Shown piece after piece: positions 47,362-57,027 of a DNA stretch of 64,000 nucleotides (its first letter is position 1; every line of letters starts with the position of its first letter). The stretch covers positions 2,267-66,266 of the forward strand of contig CAIJMQ010000001.1 of the NCBI GenBank assembly GCA_903821905.1. The letters run 5' to 3'. Source of the DNA: an uncultured bacterium (GTDB taxonomy: Bacteria; CAIJMQ01). The translations under genes were made by a program, and so were the position numbers. Below the pieces are notes generated by a model that saw nothing but the letters and a program-made list of their open reading frames with translations, did not search any database and was not told the DNA's origin.

Positions 47362-47763
47362 TTACAATTGCTGCTTTAATTGTTCTTCCAAACTCTGCCT
47401 AAGTTTGGAGATTTCCATTTTACGAACAGTTTGAGTTTCGCGGGGTGATTGTCTGGCGGATACGGTTCGCTGGGACTCTAATAAAGAAATGTGTTCTATG
47501 GTTTCGTTTGCTATATGTCCGGCTCGTATCATTGCTTGTGCAAATACAATAAACTCCCGCCAGTAGATTTTATCTTTTTCCAAATCGTAGATAAGTTCCA
47601 ACAGGAGTTTAGCTGCTGCTTTCTCGGGCGTAATTCCCTGATAAAGCGCTAAATCTTTGACTATTTTTGTGATGTCTCTGGATGACTTTCTGCAGTAGTA
47701 TTTGGTAAGAACTAATGTGAGGATAATGCTTCCCAAAACCAACAGAACAACTGTAAGTACCAT
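47362..47763 (-). CDS. Hypothetical protein: N-terminal TM anchor plus a cytoplasmic helical domain.
   Basis: 133 aa. The C-terminal coding region carries the second copy of the 55-bp repeat, including an 8-bp stem hairpin. Confidence 0.4.
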   Translation of the reverse strand: MVLTVVLLVLGSIILTLVLTKYYCRKSSRDITKIVKDLALYQGITPEKAAAKLLLELIYDLEKDKIYWREFIVFAQAMIRAGHIANETIEHISLLESQRTVSARQSPRETQTVRKMEISKLRQSLEEQLKQQL

Positions 47764-47838
47764 AACTTAACCTCCAGTGTTCAAATATATTAAACTGCTT
47801 AGGTGGATTATCTTTAACACCAGCGAATAAGTCAAATA

Positions 47839-48726
47839 TCAAAACAGAGCATCTTTGAGAACTGTACCTTCCGGCAATGCAAACTGAAAATCTTTCTTAC
47901 TCATTTTAGGAGATGAGATTTCCATGTGGGTCTCAGTAAAAGAACCTTTAATTGTCTTTAGGATTTCTCTTGTTTTATTCGTCATCTCTCTCATTTTTTG
48001 CTTGTTCTCTTCTGTGACTTCCTGCCCTGCCCCCTTGAGCGTTTCTGTAAGCTGTTCATCAGTCATTTCAGGCATTTCCATTCTCTCTGCAGGAAGTTCA
48101 AGAGAACGAGAGTATTTCAAGATGAGATACTTCTCCTTTGAAATCCAAAATGTTTCCTTCTTTGATATTGTTGATGCTCCACTGATAACGTAGCAGTCTT
48201 CTTCTCCAACTTTCTCGGTTTTTTCGATTATCGGGTCTTTTAGTCTTGAGAATGGATCACTCTGCCCGAATACGGATAGGAAAAGTGAAGGTATCGTTAA
48301 AGCGGCACCACTGGAGATTCCTGTCGCGCTGCTCAATGCAATTTCGTCACTGCTCATTTTCGAATATGCCTTCATCACTCCCATATAGAGGTATGGCTGG
48401 GTACCATCGCTCCATACAGCTCCGGACTGACTCATGCCTGGCATCGGCATATTTTCCTGAGTCCAGGAAATGAGGTAGAGATTCGGTTTCTGTAGAATTA
48501 TCGAAAATGAAGTCTTTATGTTCATTTTTATTGCACCAGTGTCGATATCCGACAAAACAGTTCCCTGTGCTTTATAGGTTTGCATGGACTTGTAGGTTGA
48601 CATGACTTTTCCAAATATATAGTTGCTTGGACTATCATCATCCATTGCCAGCACATGTGTGCTCAGCAGCACCATGGCAGCAAGTACAAAGTATCTAATT
48701 CTGGTCATGTTCATCTCCTTTCTCAA
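47839..48726 (-). CDS. Secreted hypothetical protein (LolA-like / DUF-type beta-rich fold suspected).
   Basis: Signal peptide MRKEMNMTRIRYFVLAAMVLLSTHVLA. 295 aa. Confidence 0.45.
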   Translation of the reverse strand: MRKEMNMTRIRYFVLAAMVLLSTHVLAMDDDSPSNYIFGKVMSTYKSMQTYKAQGTVLSDIDTGAIKMNIKTSFSIILQKPNLYLISWTQENMPMPGMSQSGAVWSDGTQPYLYMGVMKAYSKMSSDEIALSSATGISSGAALTIPSLFLSVFGQSDPFSRLKDPIIEKTEKVGEEDCYVISGASTISKKETFWISKEKYLILKYSRSLELPAERMEMPEMTDEQLTETLKGAGQEVTEENKQKMREMTNKTREILKTIKGSFTETHMEISSPKMSKKDFQFALPEGTVLKDALF

Positions 48727-48732
48727 TTTACG

Positions 48733-49125
48733 TCATATTCCATACTTAATCCCTTTAAAGATATAAACTATAGAGGAAAACATTTTTGTTGGCGAAATGA
48801 AAAATATGTAAATTAAAACTATTAAAATAATAGCTGTTATTATGGCAGATAGAATCCGGACTCTTTTGTCGTATTTTCTCGTGATTCTGCAGGTAATTCC
48901 CATAACTAAAGAAACTATCCCAAACAAGATTCCTCCTGTAATTGCGTAAAGTATAACAAGCATAAAGAAGTGAGGGTAGGGGTGGTAATTCCTGGAAAAA
49001 GCCCGGGCTAAAAGGCTGTATGTAGAGCCAAAAATTACACCTAATATGGTAGCAATTATAGTGGCTAACACTACTGCCTTATTAATGATTTTTTCCATTT
49101 CCCGATTAGATTCTTTTATTTTCAT
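48733..49125 (-). CDS. Hypothetical small membrane protein (4 TM).
   Basis: 130 aa, hydrophobic. Confidence 0.4.
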   Translation of the reverse strand: MKIKESNREMEKIINKAVVLATIIATILGVIFGSTYSLLARAFSRNYHPYPHFFMLVILYAITGGILFGIVSLVMGITCRITRKYDKRVRILSAIITAIILIVLIYIFFISPTKMFSSIVYIFKGIKYGI

Positions 49126-49128
49126 ATG

Positions 49129-49905
49129 TTACTTTCTTATTGCCGCTACATTTAAAAGTCCTGTTGGTTCTTCGGGGTTATTTTTGTCGTATTTGAAATA
49201 TTCGGTAATCATAGGGGAAAAACCTGCTTGTCTTAGTTCGGATAAAAGAGATTTCCAATGCGCTATATACCGCATAGGAATATATTCTTTTCCTCCTATG
49301 ACTCTTGAACCTTCAAATTTACCGTAAATTTTTGCATCGATATAAATTATATTGCCCAAAATTCTCTGACTGCTATATGTTTTTAGAAGGTTCTTACGGC
49401 TGATAGGGGAGCACATACTCATAAATACTAAAATTCCGCTCGGGTTAAGAATTTGACGGATTTTATTCAAAGCTATCTTTCTGTCTTTTTTGTCGGTGAT
49501 GCAATGCATAAAATGTCCGTCTATACAAAGGTTGTATTTGCCCAAAGATTTTACATTTGTAGAACAAAAATCTTTGTTTATGTATTTTATTTTAAATGTT
49601 TTGGATTGGGCTTTTGCCATTTGTATCGCAGTTTTACTGATATCTATGCCTGTAACGGTAAACCCTTTTTTTGCAAGCCATCTGCTGATTGTTCCCGTTC
49701 CGCAGCCGAGTTCTATTGCGCGGGTTTTCTTCGGAGCCCATTTCAGCATAAAAACATTTTCTATAAAATGTCTATCAGGAGGGAATATCGACCAAGGATA
49801 ATTTCTTCGTTCCCAGGATTTAATCCCTTTGGATTTCATCCTTTTATATTCGTTCTCATGCGCTTCATAAGATTTCCGCATTGTTGCTGTGGTATCCTTT
49901 CCCAA
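49129..49905 (-). CDS. Class I SAM-dependent methyltransferase.
   Basis: Motif I ELGCGTGTISRWLAKKGFTVTGIDIS. Confidence 0.75.
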   Translation of the reverse strand: MGKDTTATMRKSYEAHENEYKRMKSKGIKSWERRNYPWSIFPPDRHFIENVFMLKWAPKKTRAIELGCGTGTISRWLAKKGFTVTGIDISKTAIQMAKAQSKTFKIKYINKDFCSTNVKSLGKYNLCIDGHFMHCITDKKDRKIALNKIRQILNPSGILVFMSMCSPISRKNLLKTYSSQRILGNIIYIDAKIYGKFEGSRVIGGKEYIPMRYIAHWKSLLSELRQAGFSPMITEYFKYDKNNPEEPTGLLNVAAIRK

Positions 49906-49908
49906 AAG

Positions 49909-50112
49909 TTATTTATCTTTACCAACTCTGTTTAGGTAAGTCAGGATTATTGCAATTACTGAACCTAAGATGATTCCGTTGACAAAGGGGAACCACTTGG
50001 AAGATTGACTTATATGAAATACTTCCATCACGGCGATTTTTAATACCGCGACGATAATCCCAACTCCTAATCCTACGATAATAGCGGTCTTATAATCTCT
50101 TAATGGTTTCAT
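49909..50112 (-). CDS. Small membrane protein (2 TM).
   Basis: 67 aa beginning MKPLRDYK. Its ATG overlaps the TGA of the upstream small gene (ATGA). Confidence 0.4.
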   Translation of the reverse strand: MKPLRDYKTAIIVGLGVGIIVAVLKIAVMEVFHISQSSKWFPFVNGIILGSVIAIILTYLNRVGKDK

Positions 50113-50351
50113 TGGGTATTTTTTTGTTTCAGAGCCGGCCATTCTGCAAATGCAATGTATAGAATTAGAATAAAATTTGCGATTGGCACAAACATGAGTA
50201 GTGATAGTGGACCAGGAAAACCTGCTTTCTCGCAAATTTTCCAATATGCAATTACCATTAACACTGCAAGAGCCAGGAACAGACATATAAAAAACAGGTA
50301 AAACAATCCTATCATTGCAACAAGAGCAGATGCTGCTGGATGTACCATCAT
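50109..50351 (-). CDS. Small membrane protein (2 TM).
   Basis: 80 aa, hydrophobic. Translationally coupled to the downstream small ORF. Confidence 0.45.
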   Translation of the reverse strand: MMVHPAASALVAMIGLFYLFFICLFLALAVLMVIAYWKICEKAGFPGPLSLLMFVPIANFILILYIAFAEWPALKQKNTQ

Positions 50352-50406
50352 ATTTCCTCCTTTTAATCGGAATATAGTTCCGATGGCTTACGTTGCGGGG
50401 CTCATT

Positions 50407-52749
50407 TTATTCTTTAACAGGAAGAGCAAAATGAAATGTGGCTCCTTTGCCTGGCTTGGAGTCAGCCCATATTTTCCCTTTGTGGCCGAGAATTATCTCT
50501 CTGGAAATAACCAGCCCCAGTCCCGTCCCGCCTGTTTTTCTATTTTGAGGGTTTCCCAACTGCTTAAAACTTTGAAAGAGTTTAGGCATATCTTCGGGAG
50601 TAATCCCGGGACCTGTATCAGATATGGAAACACGGACGGAGTTTTTATCAAGAAGTGTGGAGATTTCCACACTGCCTTTATCGGTAAACTTTAAGGCATT
50701 ATTGATTAAGTTGTTCAACACCTGAATAATTTTGTCACGGTCAAACTTAATTTTGGGTAAGGTATCATCAAGTTTGATGTTGAACTTCAAATTTTTTCCT
50801 TGGGCGAGTGGCTTCATAGAATTGTAAACTTCCAGAATGGTTTCATTGATATCATTTTCGCGTAGATCAAATGGCATTTTTCCGGCTTCTAACTTCTGGT
50901 AATCCAAAACCTCGTTTATAAGACGGGTTAATCTATCCACGTTTCTTTTTGCAATTTCCAGAAAATCTTTCTGCTCATCGTTTACAGCACCGGCGGAGCC
51001 GTCATACACGATATCAATACCTTCTTTTATGGCCGTGAGGGGTGTTCTTAATTCATGGGAAACAGTAGAAGTAAATCGCGATTTTGCTTCTAAGGATTCC
51101 CGTAAAATTCTTTCCGTTTCTTTAATCTGGGTTATATCTTTTGCAATATGTACTGACCCTTTGAGATTACCGTTGTCATCAAAGATAGGCGAAGTAGTTA
51201 CTAAAAGAGGAATTCCTATATTAGGGTCATTGATTTCTTCGACATGCATTTTTTTGTCTTTTTGGGTTTGTTCGAAAGGACATCCTGCAAACGGCTTGTC
51301 TTTTTTGTGTAGTACCTCATAGCATTTCCGTCCGATAATATCCTCCGGCTTCATTTTGAGTGTGTCAGCAAATGCCTTATTTACTTTTATAATGGTGAAG
51401 TTTGTATCCTGAATAAATACCATATCCGATATAGAGTTAAACGTTCGGCTCCATTCTTCTTCTGCCCGCCTTATTTTTTCTTCGGCTTTTTTGCGTTCGG
51501 TAATCTCCCTATTAAGATTGTCTATGGAAGTGGTGCTTTTCTCTAGGTGGGAAGTCATAATATTAAATGAATCAGCAAGCTGTTCTAGTTCATCTCCTGT
51601 TTTTATATTCACCTTATAGCTAAGGTCTCCAGTCACAATACGGTCTGTAGCATCGTGAAGATAGTGTATTGGTTTTATGAATATCCCGCTTATGACAAAA
51701 CTCATAAATGTTAATACCAATATCATCATTGTTCCAAAGATAGACCAGAAAATAAGGAGTGCGTTTAAAGGTGAAAAAACCTCTTTTACGTCCTGTTCTA
51801 TACAAACTTTCCACTGCATTGTTTTTTCTGTAAACAGTGGATGCTTCACTAAGGCTGAGGCAATAAACATACGCTTGCTATTTGGTTCGTCGAGGATATT
51901 CGTTACTATCCAATTATTTCTTTTGGTCAAGAGCTTTGTGAGGTTTTTTTCTTCAATAAATTTACGACTTAATGGTTCAACACCTTCACGGTATAAAATA
52001 AATCCATTCTGGTCTATGATGACGGCATGTCCTGTTTTACCTATTTTAAATGCCTTCATAGGTTCGAAAAACTTACGCACATCTACCCTCTCTATTAATA
52101 TACCAATAACATCTTCGGTTTTATCTATTACCGGAATAGCAAAGGTAATAGCCAATATTCCCGTAGATTGGTCAACTTTTCCGCTTTCTATAAATAGCTT
52201 CCCTTTTCCACCATTAAACGTTTCCTGCCACCAGGTCTCGTCTGCTTGATAGAAATCCGAGGTTCTACCGGATGAAGCTACTAGACCCCCAAACTTATCG
52301 GTTAAAAATATTTCAGCAATCTCTTTCCTCTCTTTTAGAAAAACCTCCCGCAAATAGGTACTTATCTCATTATTGAGATATTTTTTTATTAAGGGTGCAT
52401 TATCCGAGGCGCCAATCCATGCTTTATCGGTAGTTTCCAGATATTCCTTTATCGTCCTATCATCCTTATCAATGTATTGTGCATTTGCCTCTTTTATGGC
52501 ATTTTGCCACAAAATGCGGCTGGCATGGATTTTCATGTCGGCTATTCTTTCGTCTATCATTCCTGAAAAATCCTCTGCCAAAAGCTGTGCCATTTTTACG
52601 TGACTCTCGCCTATGGTATTTTGGAAAAATTTCATTCCCCATAAGTATGCCAGAATTAATCCCACAACTATTACAAAAATGGCAGGTAAACATATGAGCA
52701 GCGTGAGTTTTCGTCTCATACCTGTTTTTTGCTTACGGTGAACTGTCAT
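50407..52749 (-). CDS. Sensor histidine kinase: TM, extracytoplasmic Cache-like domain, TM, HAMP, PAS, HisKA, HATPase.
   Basis: H-box FTSTVSHELRTPL. N, G1 and G2 boxes are present (GTGLGL). Two TM segments flank a sensor domain of about 260 aa. Confidence 0.85.
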   Translation of the reverse strand: MTVHRKQKTGMRRKLTLLICLPAIFVIVVGLILAYLWGMKFFQNTIGESHVKMAQLLAEDFSGMIDERIADMKIHASRILWQNAIKEANAQYIDKDDRTIKEYLETTDKAWIGASDNAPLIKKYLNNEISTYLREVFLKERKEIAEIFLTDKFGGLVASSGRTSDFYQADETWWQETFNGGKGKLFIESGKVDQSTGILAITFAIPVIDKTEDVIGILIERVDVRKFFEPMKAFKIGKTGHAVIIDQNGFILYREGVEPLSRKFIEEKNLTKLLTKRNNWIVTNILDEPNSKRMFIASALVKHPLFTEKTMQWKVCIEQDVKEVFSPLNALLIFWSIFGTMMILVLTFMSFVISGIFIKPIHYLHDATDRIVTGDLSYKVNIKTGDELEQLADSFNIMTSHLEKSTTSIDNLNREITERKKAEEKIRRAEEEWSRTFNSISDMVFIQDTNFTIIKVNKAFADTLKMKPEDIIGRKCYEVLHKKDKPFAGCPFEQTQKDKKMHVEEINDPNIGIPLLVTTSPIFDDNGNLKGSVHIAKDITQIKETERILRESLEAKSRFTSTVSHELRTPLTAIKEGIDIVYDGSAGAVNDEQKDFLEIAKRNVDRLTRLINEVLDYQKLEAGKMPFDLRENDINETILEVYNSMKPLAQGKNLKFNIKLDDTLPKIKFDRDKIIQVLNNLINNALKFTDKGSVEISTLLDKNSVRVSISDTGPGITPEDMPKLFQSFKQLGNPQNRKTGGTGLGLVISREIILGHKGKIWADSKPGKGATFHFALPVKE

Positions 52750-52755
52750 TTCTGT

Positions 52756-53145
52756 CTATTGCTCCTTCTCATCTTTACCATATGTTTCCAGAATGTATTT
52801 AATTGTATTTATCAGTTCATTCGGAGCATAGGGCTTTTCCATATAAGCATCTACGCCTTCTTCAAGGACTTTCTTTTTGTAGTCTTCGTCTTTTTGCCCG
52901 GTAAGGACAACAATGGGAATAAATTTGGTATAGTCAGAATTACGCAGATTCTTCAAAACAAAAAGGCCATCTCCGCTGGGGAGCATTAAATCCAAAATAA
53001 TAAGGTCAGGTTTATTTTTGATGGCCATTGCGGTTCCACGATAACCATCACTGGCTACTATAACCTTAAAACCGTTCTGAGAAAGCCGCTTGAAAAGAAC
53101 TTTAGCGATATCAGACTCATCTTCTATTATCAAGATTTCAGCCAT
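52756..53145 (-). CDS. Single-domain response regulator (CheY-like receiver only).
   Basis: The residues D-D...D(phospho-acceptor)...T...K are present (ILIIEDE, DLIILDLMLP). 129 aa with no output domain. Confidence 0.85.
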   Translation of the reverse strand: MAEILIIEDESDIAKVLFKRLSQNGFKVIVASDGYRGTAMAIKNKPDLIILDLMLPSGDGLFVLKNLRNSDYTKFIPIVVLTGQKDEDYKKKVLEEGVDAYMEKPYAPNELINTIKYILETYGKDEKEQ

Positions 53146-53210
53146 ACTAACCTCTTCCTATATTTTAAAGGGATATCAAATATTAAACGAGATGCTTTAA
53201 GTAAATTCCC

Positions 53211-54344
53211 TTACTTATTAATATGTAAAATCTTGGCGCCGTCGAAGCCGTTGAATTTTGTTGTTGAAGCAGTACTGTAGGCACCGATATTTTTTGTATA
53301 AAGATAATCGCCTATTTCCAGATTACCTGGCAGGTGTTCAGAGACGGATACTTTATCGAAGCTATCGCATGTGGGACCGACAACTGCACAAACTTCTTTT
53401 TTACCACGTTTGAACGTTTGAAAGTTAGGAGTCCAGTGGTCGTAAACAATCCCTGAAAATGTATGATAGACACCGTCGTTTATATGATAGAAGATTTTGC
53501 CGTCTCTTCGTGCTTTTCCTATTACCTCTGAGATAAGTATTGCTGCTGTTGCGACCATAAATCTGCCGGGTTCAGCTATAAGTTCTATATCGTCGGGGAA
53601 TAATCTTTTACATTCGGAATCTATTACTTTTGCAAGTTTTTCAAATCTGGGAACCATGTTATCATAAGGAACCGGGAATCCGCCGCCTATATCAATTATG
53701 TTCATCTTGTAACCTTTTTTTCTGGAATGATTGAAAATATCGGAAGTTATATGCAGCGCCGATGTGTAATTGTCAAAGTTGGTGCACTGACTTCCTACGT
53801 GGAAGCTTAAACCTTCGACATTCAAGCCTAAACCAAATGCCTGTTGTATTAAATCAGCTGCTTCACCGGGTTCTGCGCCGAATTTAGAACTCATCTCTAC
53901 CTGTGAGCCGGTATCGGGAACTTTTAGCCGTAAAACCAGTCCTGCCGTCGGACAATATTCTTTTATTTTCTTAAGCTCATCTACATTATCATAAGTAACA
54001 AGCGGCTTATATTTTTTTATCTTTTTTAAAGTGTCCCGGTCTTTTATCGTGTTAGAGAAGATTATCTTATCCCAGACGAAGAAGTCCTTGTCTTTTTTTC
54101 TGAAACTTCTTATTTGGTCATAAATCTGTATGAACTCGTTATAGGAAGCTACATCAAAGCTGGAACCCTCGTCGAATAATGTCCTGATTATTTCCTGGTT
54201 GGAGTTTGCCTTTACTGCATAATAGACCTGAACATTGGGCAAATTTTTACTGAAAATACGGAAGTTTTCCCTTATCTTGTCATGGTCGATTATGAATAGG
54301 GGAGTCCCGTGTTTCTTTGCTAATTTAAGAAGTTTCTCTTTCAT
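53211..54344 (-). CDS. PLP-dependent Orn/Lys/Arg decarboxylase of the alanine-racemase fold (ornithine-decarboxylase-like).
   Basis: YAVKAN (PLP Lys), GGG loop IDIGGGFPV, HVGSQ, and C-terminal GPTCDSFD. Confidence 0.75.
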   Translation of the reverse strand: MKEKLLKLAKKHGTPLFIIDHDKIRENFRIFSKNLPNVQVYYAVKANSNQEIIRTLFDEGSSFDVASYNEFIQIYDQIRSFRKKDKDFFVWDKIIFSNTIKDRDTLKKIKKYKPLVTYDNVDELKKIKEYCPTAGLVLRLKVPDTGSQVEMSSKFGAEPGEAADLIQQAFGLGLNVEGLSFHVGSQCTNFDNYTSALHITSDIFNHSRKKGYKMNIIDIGGGFPVPYDNMVPRFEKLAKVIDSECKRLFPDDIELIAEPGRFMVATAAILISEVIGKARRDGKIFYHINDGVYHTFSGIVYDHWTPNFQTFKRGKKEVCAVVGPTCDSFDKVSVSEHLPGNLEIGDYLYTKNIGAYSTASTTKFNGFDGAKILHINK

Positions 54345-54345
54345 T

Positions 54346-55530
54346 TTAAGCAGATAGTTTCCTGATAGAAGTTTTTAGTTTCTCCACTTCTTTGTTATTT
54401 TCAAGATAGGATTCTATCAGCTTTTGGTGTAATTCATTGCCTCTGTCATATAATCTTTTTAGCTTTTTGGGTTTAGTAGACTGTATCGTATAAGCAACCA
54501 TAATCGGAAATGCTACTGTTACATCAAGATAAGCGGTTACTGTTTCTTCTAATTTTGTCGGGTCAATTTTTCCCCAGCTTACAGCTTCAGTTGGTGGAGC
54601 GCCTGATAGTCCGCCAGTGTCGGGTCTTGCATCTGTTATATTGATGTCATAATCTTGTCCGAGTTCCGGTATCATCAAAACTTCCTGAATCTGTGGTTCG
54701 GTCTGGAGCATAAAGTTCTTTGGACTTCCGCCGCCGATTAAGATAACACCTGTTTTGCCTTTTTCATATCTCTTGGCATTTAGGATTATTGCAGTGGAAT
54801 CGTTAACATCTATGCTCGGATTTATTTTTAGTTTGAATTTGTTTAATAATCCGGAGGCTTCAGCCAGAAGCTCGATACCTGCCACATTCATTCCGATTGT
54901 CGAATCACCGGGTGATGATGTGAAAACAGGTATTCCGTTTCTATATGCTGCAGCCAGAATACTTACTTCGCCGATTTTGTTTTTTTGTTCCAGTTCGCTA
55001 AGGATTTTGCCAAGGTGATGGTAGCACTCACGAGTGCCCATTTCTTTCTGAAATTCTGGACGTATAAGTATTGCTCTTAATCTCCTGTCGGTTTCCATCA
55101 GAACGTCTTCATAATCAAAGAGAATATCGTAAATTCTTGTTACGCCTTTGTCTCTCAAATCCGCATCGTCAACATTGTGACTTCCTCGAAACATAGGAAG
55201 ATTGAATGCATAATGTATGTCGTGATACATATTTGCGCCGGTTGCGACTATCCAGTCGACAAAACCGTGGTTCATTAGTGGTATTACAGCTGATGGCCCA
55301 AGCCCTGCCGGTGTGAGTGCACCTGCCAGGCTTAATCCTATAGTAACATCTTCTTTTGAATATCTATCTCTCAGAAGCTGACAAGCGGCTCGCAATCTTC
55401 CGCCATTATAAGCATCTAAGTTATCTATCAGTTTTACTATATCTGTGTCTTTGTTAATAGGTTTTGGAAGAATTCTTTTTCCTGATAAATATTTCGCTTT
55501 ATTTGGGCAGTTTGACTTATTATGTTCCAT
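54346..55530 (-). CDS. Deoxyhypusine-synthase-family protein (bacterial DHS-like; candidate homospermidine synthase).
   Basis: NAD-binding DHS-like motifs (GLSLAGALTPAGLG, VATGANMYHD). 394 aa. The start is 2 nt after the decarboxylase stop on the minus strand. Confidence 0.65.
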   Translation of the reverse strand: MEHNKSNCPNKAKYLSGKRILPKPINKDTDIVKLIDNLDAYNGGRLRAACQLLRDRYSKEDVTIGLSLAGALTPAGLGPSAVIPLMNHGFVDWIVATGANMYHDIHYAFNLPMFRGSHNVDDADLRDKGVTRIYDILFDYEDVLMETDRRLRAILIRPEFQKEMGTRECYHHLGKILSELEQKNKIGEVSILAAAYRNGIPVFTSSPGDSTIGMNVAGIELLAEASGLLNKFKLKINPSIDVNDSTAIILNAKRYEKGKTGVILIGGGSPKNFMLQTEPQIQEVLMIPELGQDYDINITDARPDTGGLSGAPPTEAVSWGKIDPTKLEETVTAYLDVTVAFPIMVAYTIQSTKPKKLKRLYDRGNELHQKLIESYLENNKEVEKLKTSIRKLSA

Positions 55531-55598
55531 TTCTTCTCCTTATATTTTATTTTAATAGAATTATCTTTAATACCGATATTAATGTCAATTTTTATCTA

Positions 55599-56057
55599 TT
55601 AATATCCGGATTTTTTGCCTGTCATCCGTGATATTTTGACTTTCATAACCGCGGTTTTATTTAGTGCTTGGTCAGGGAAAGAAAAGGTATCTTTTGAATA
55701 CTGTTTCATTATGATATTAAATGCTTTTCTTTTTTCCTCTATTGTTTCTAAAAATGAAAGCTTTCCCATTGCAATTACAGATTTGTATTTCATGTCCCAA
55801 TTACAAGCTTGGTCTGATTTTATAAGTTCCGTATCAATTTCAAATTCAAGACAAACTTTCGGATTTTTCTTTAGAATGTCGATTTTCATTCCTTCGGTCG
55901 CACCATGCAGATATACGACGTCGTTTTCATATCCGAAACACATCGGGACAATATAAGGGATATTATTATCACTCATTCCGAGACGGCATACTTGGGACTG
56001 TTTAATAATATCTTCAATCTGGGATTTGTCTATTATTTCTCTATCTTTTCTTCTCAT
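55599..56057 (-). CDS. Pyridoxamine-5'-phosphate-oxidase-like FMN-binding split-barrel protein (NimA/general-stress family).
   Basis: 152 aa. CRLGM...PYIVPMCFGY...VYLHGATEG pattern. Confidence 0.7.
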   Translation of the reverse strand: MRRKDREIIDKSQIEDIIKQSQVCRLGMSDNNIPYIVPMCFGYENDVVYLHGATEGMKIDILKKNPKVCLEFEIDTELIKSDQACNWDMKYKSVIAMGKLSFLETIEEKRKAFNIIMKQYSKDTFSFPDQALNKTAVMKVKISRMTGKKSGY

Positions 56058-56090
56058 AATTTATAACAATTATATTTAACACTAATTTTT

Positions 56091-56122
56091 AATCGCGTAA
56101 GACTGCCGGGAATTTATCATTA
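56091..56122 (-). repeat. Remnant copy of the 3' end of a GH28-like gene (encodes ...DKFPAVLRD*), located downstream of the 56164..56961 ORF.
   Basis: An 18-bp identical core ACTGCCGGGAATTTATCA (56102-56119) matches 57040-57057. The extended match of about 30 bp differs only at synonymous positions. Confidence 0.65.
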
Positions 56123-56163
56123 TAGGTTCTATTTTCCCCTCTCTTATCTAAAACAAGATTAGT

Positions 56164-56961
56164 TTATTGGGTTGATATAGACGTTTTCTTTAATACTATT
56201 CTATTTTTGTTGTTTTCAAATTCCAACCATTTCTTCTGGTTTAAATCACGAATCTTAAAATTCAAGCCGTCTTCGCTAAGCCAAATTAAATTTTTGTTAA
56301 AGGAATAACCTCGAATTATTTCCTTTTCCCATAGCAATTTGCCTTCCCTGTTAAGATAAGAAAAATGGACATTATAAGTTGTGTGGTTGAATGTGCTTAT
56401 TAATATATAAGCACCGTCTTGGCTTATGAGGATATTGTTAAGGTCGGACTCCGTTTTTTTATCTCCTATTTTTTTGTCCCACGAGGTAGTCTGTGTCGCG
56501 ACACGGTAAAGGGTAACCTGTGAAGAGCGGTCTGCTATAAGATAATACTTTCCGTTGCCGGAGAGGCAAGTTTTGCTTATCCATCTCAAGCCTCCGCCCA
56601 ATTCAACTGTTTTTAATAGCTCGCCGTCACCTTTGTAAAAAGATATGCTTTTAAAACCACCTTCATCGTACCAGCCCCAGTTTACAAGAACAAAATAGTT
56701 GCCATCGTTTGAAATATCTACGAATCCCGGCGTAGTGGGAAGTTGTTTTGTCCAAAGTATTTCATTGTTTTGTTTAAGTGAACATTCCGAAGGACTATTA
56801 TCGGGATAGCCGAGAATTTTGATATCTATGGAATAAATACTGTTCTGCGATGAGAACGTTTTTGTCGTGCCTATTTCGGGAGGGACTGATTTGGCATATA
56901 GGAACTGGCAGGATAAAACGAAAAAAACAAGCAGTGTGAAACCCAATATTTTTCTATTCAT
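56164..56961 (-). CDS. Secreted hypothetical protein (beta-rich).
   Basis: Signal peptide. 265 aa. No family recognised. Confidence 0.45.
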   Translation of the reverse strand: MNRKILGFTLLVFFVLSCQFLYAKSVPPEIGTTKTFSSQNSIYSIDIKILGYPDNSPSECSLKQNNEILWTKQLPTTPGFVDISNDGNYFVLVNWGWYDEGGFKSISFYKGDGELLKTVELGGGLRWISKTCLSGNGKYYLIADRSSQVTLYRVATQTTSWDKKIGDKKTESDLNNILISQDGAYILISTFNHTTYNVHFSYLNREGKLLWEKEIIRGYSFNKNLIWLSEDGLNFKIRDLNQKKWLEFENNKNRIVLKKTSISTQ

Positions 56962-57027
56962 TTTGCTATCTTATAGTATCAAATTGATTTATGCAAGACT
57001 TTATAATATTCCCACTTTGGCATAAAT

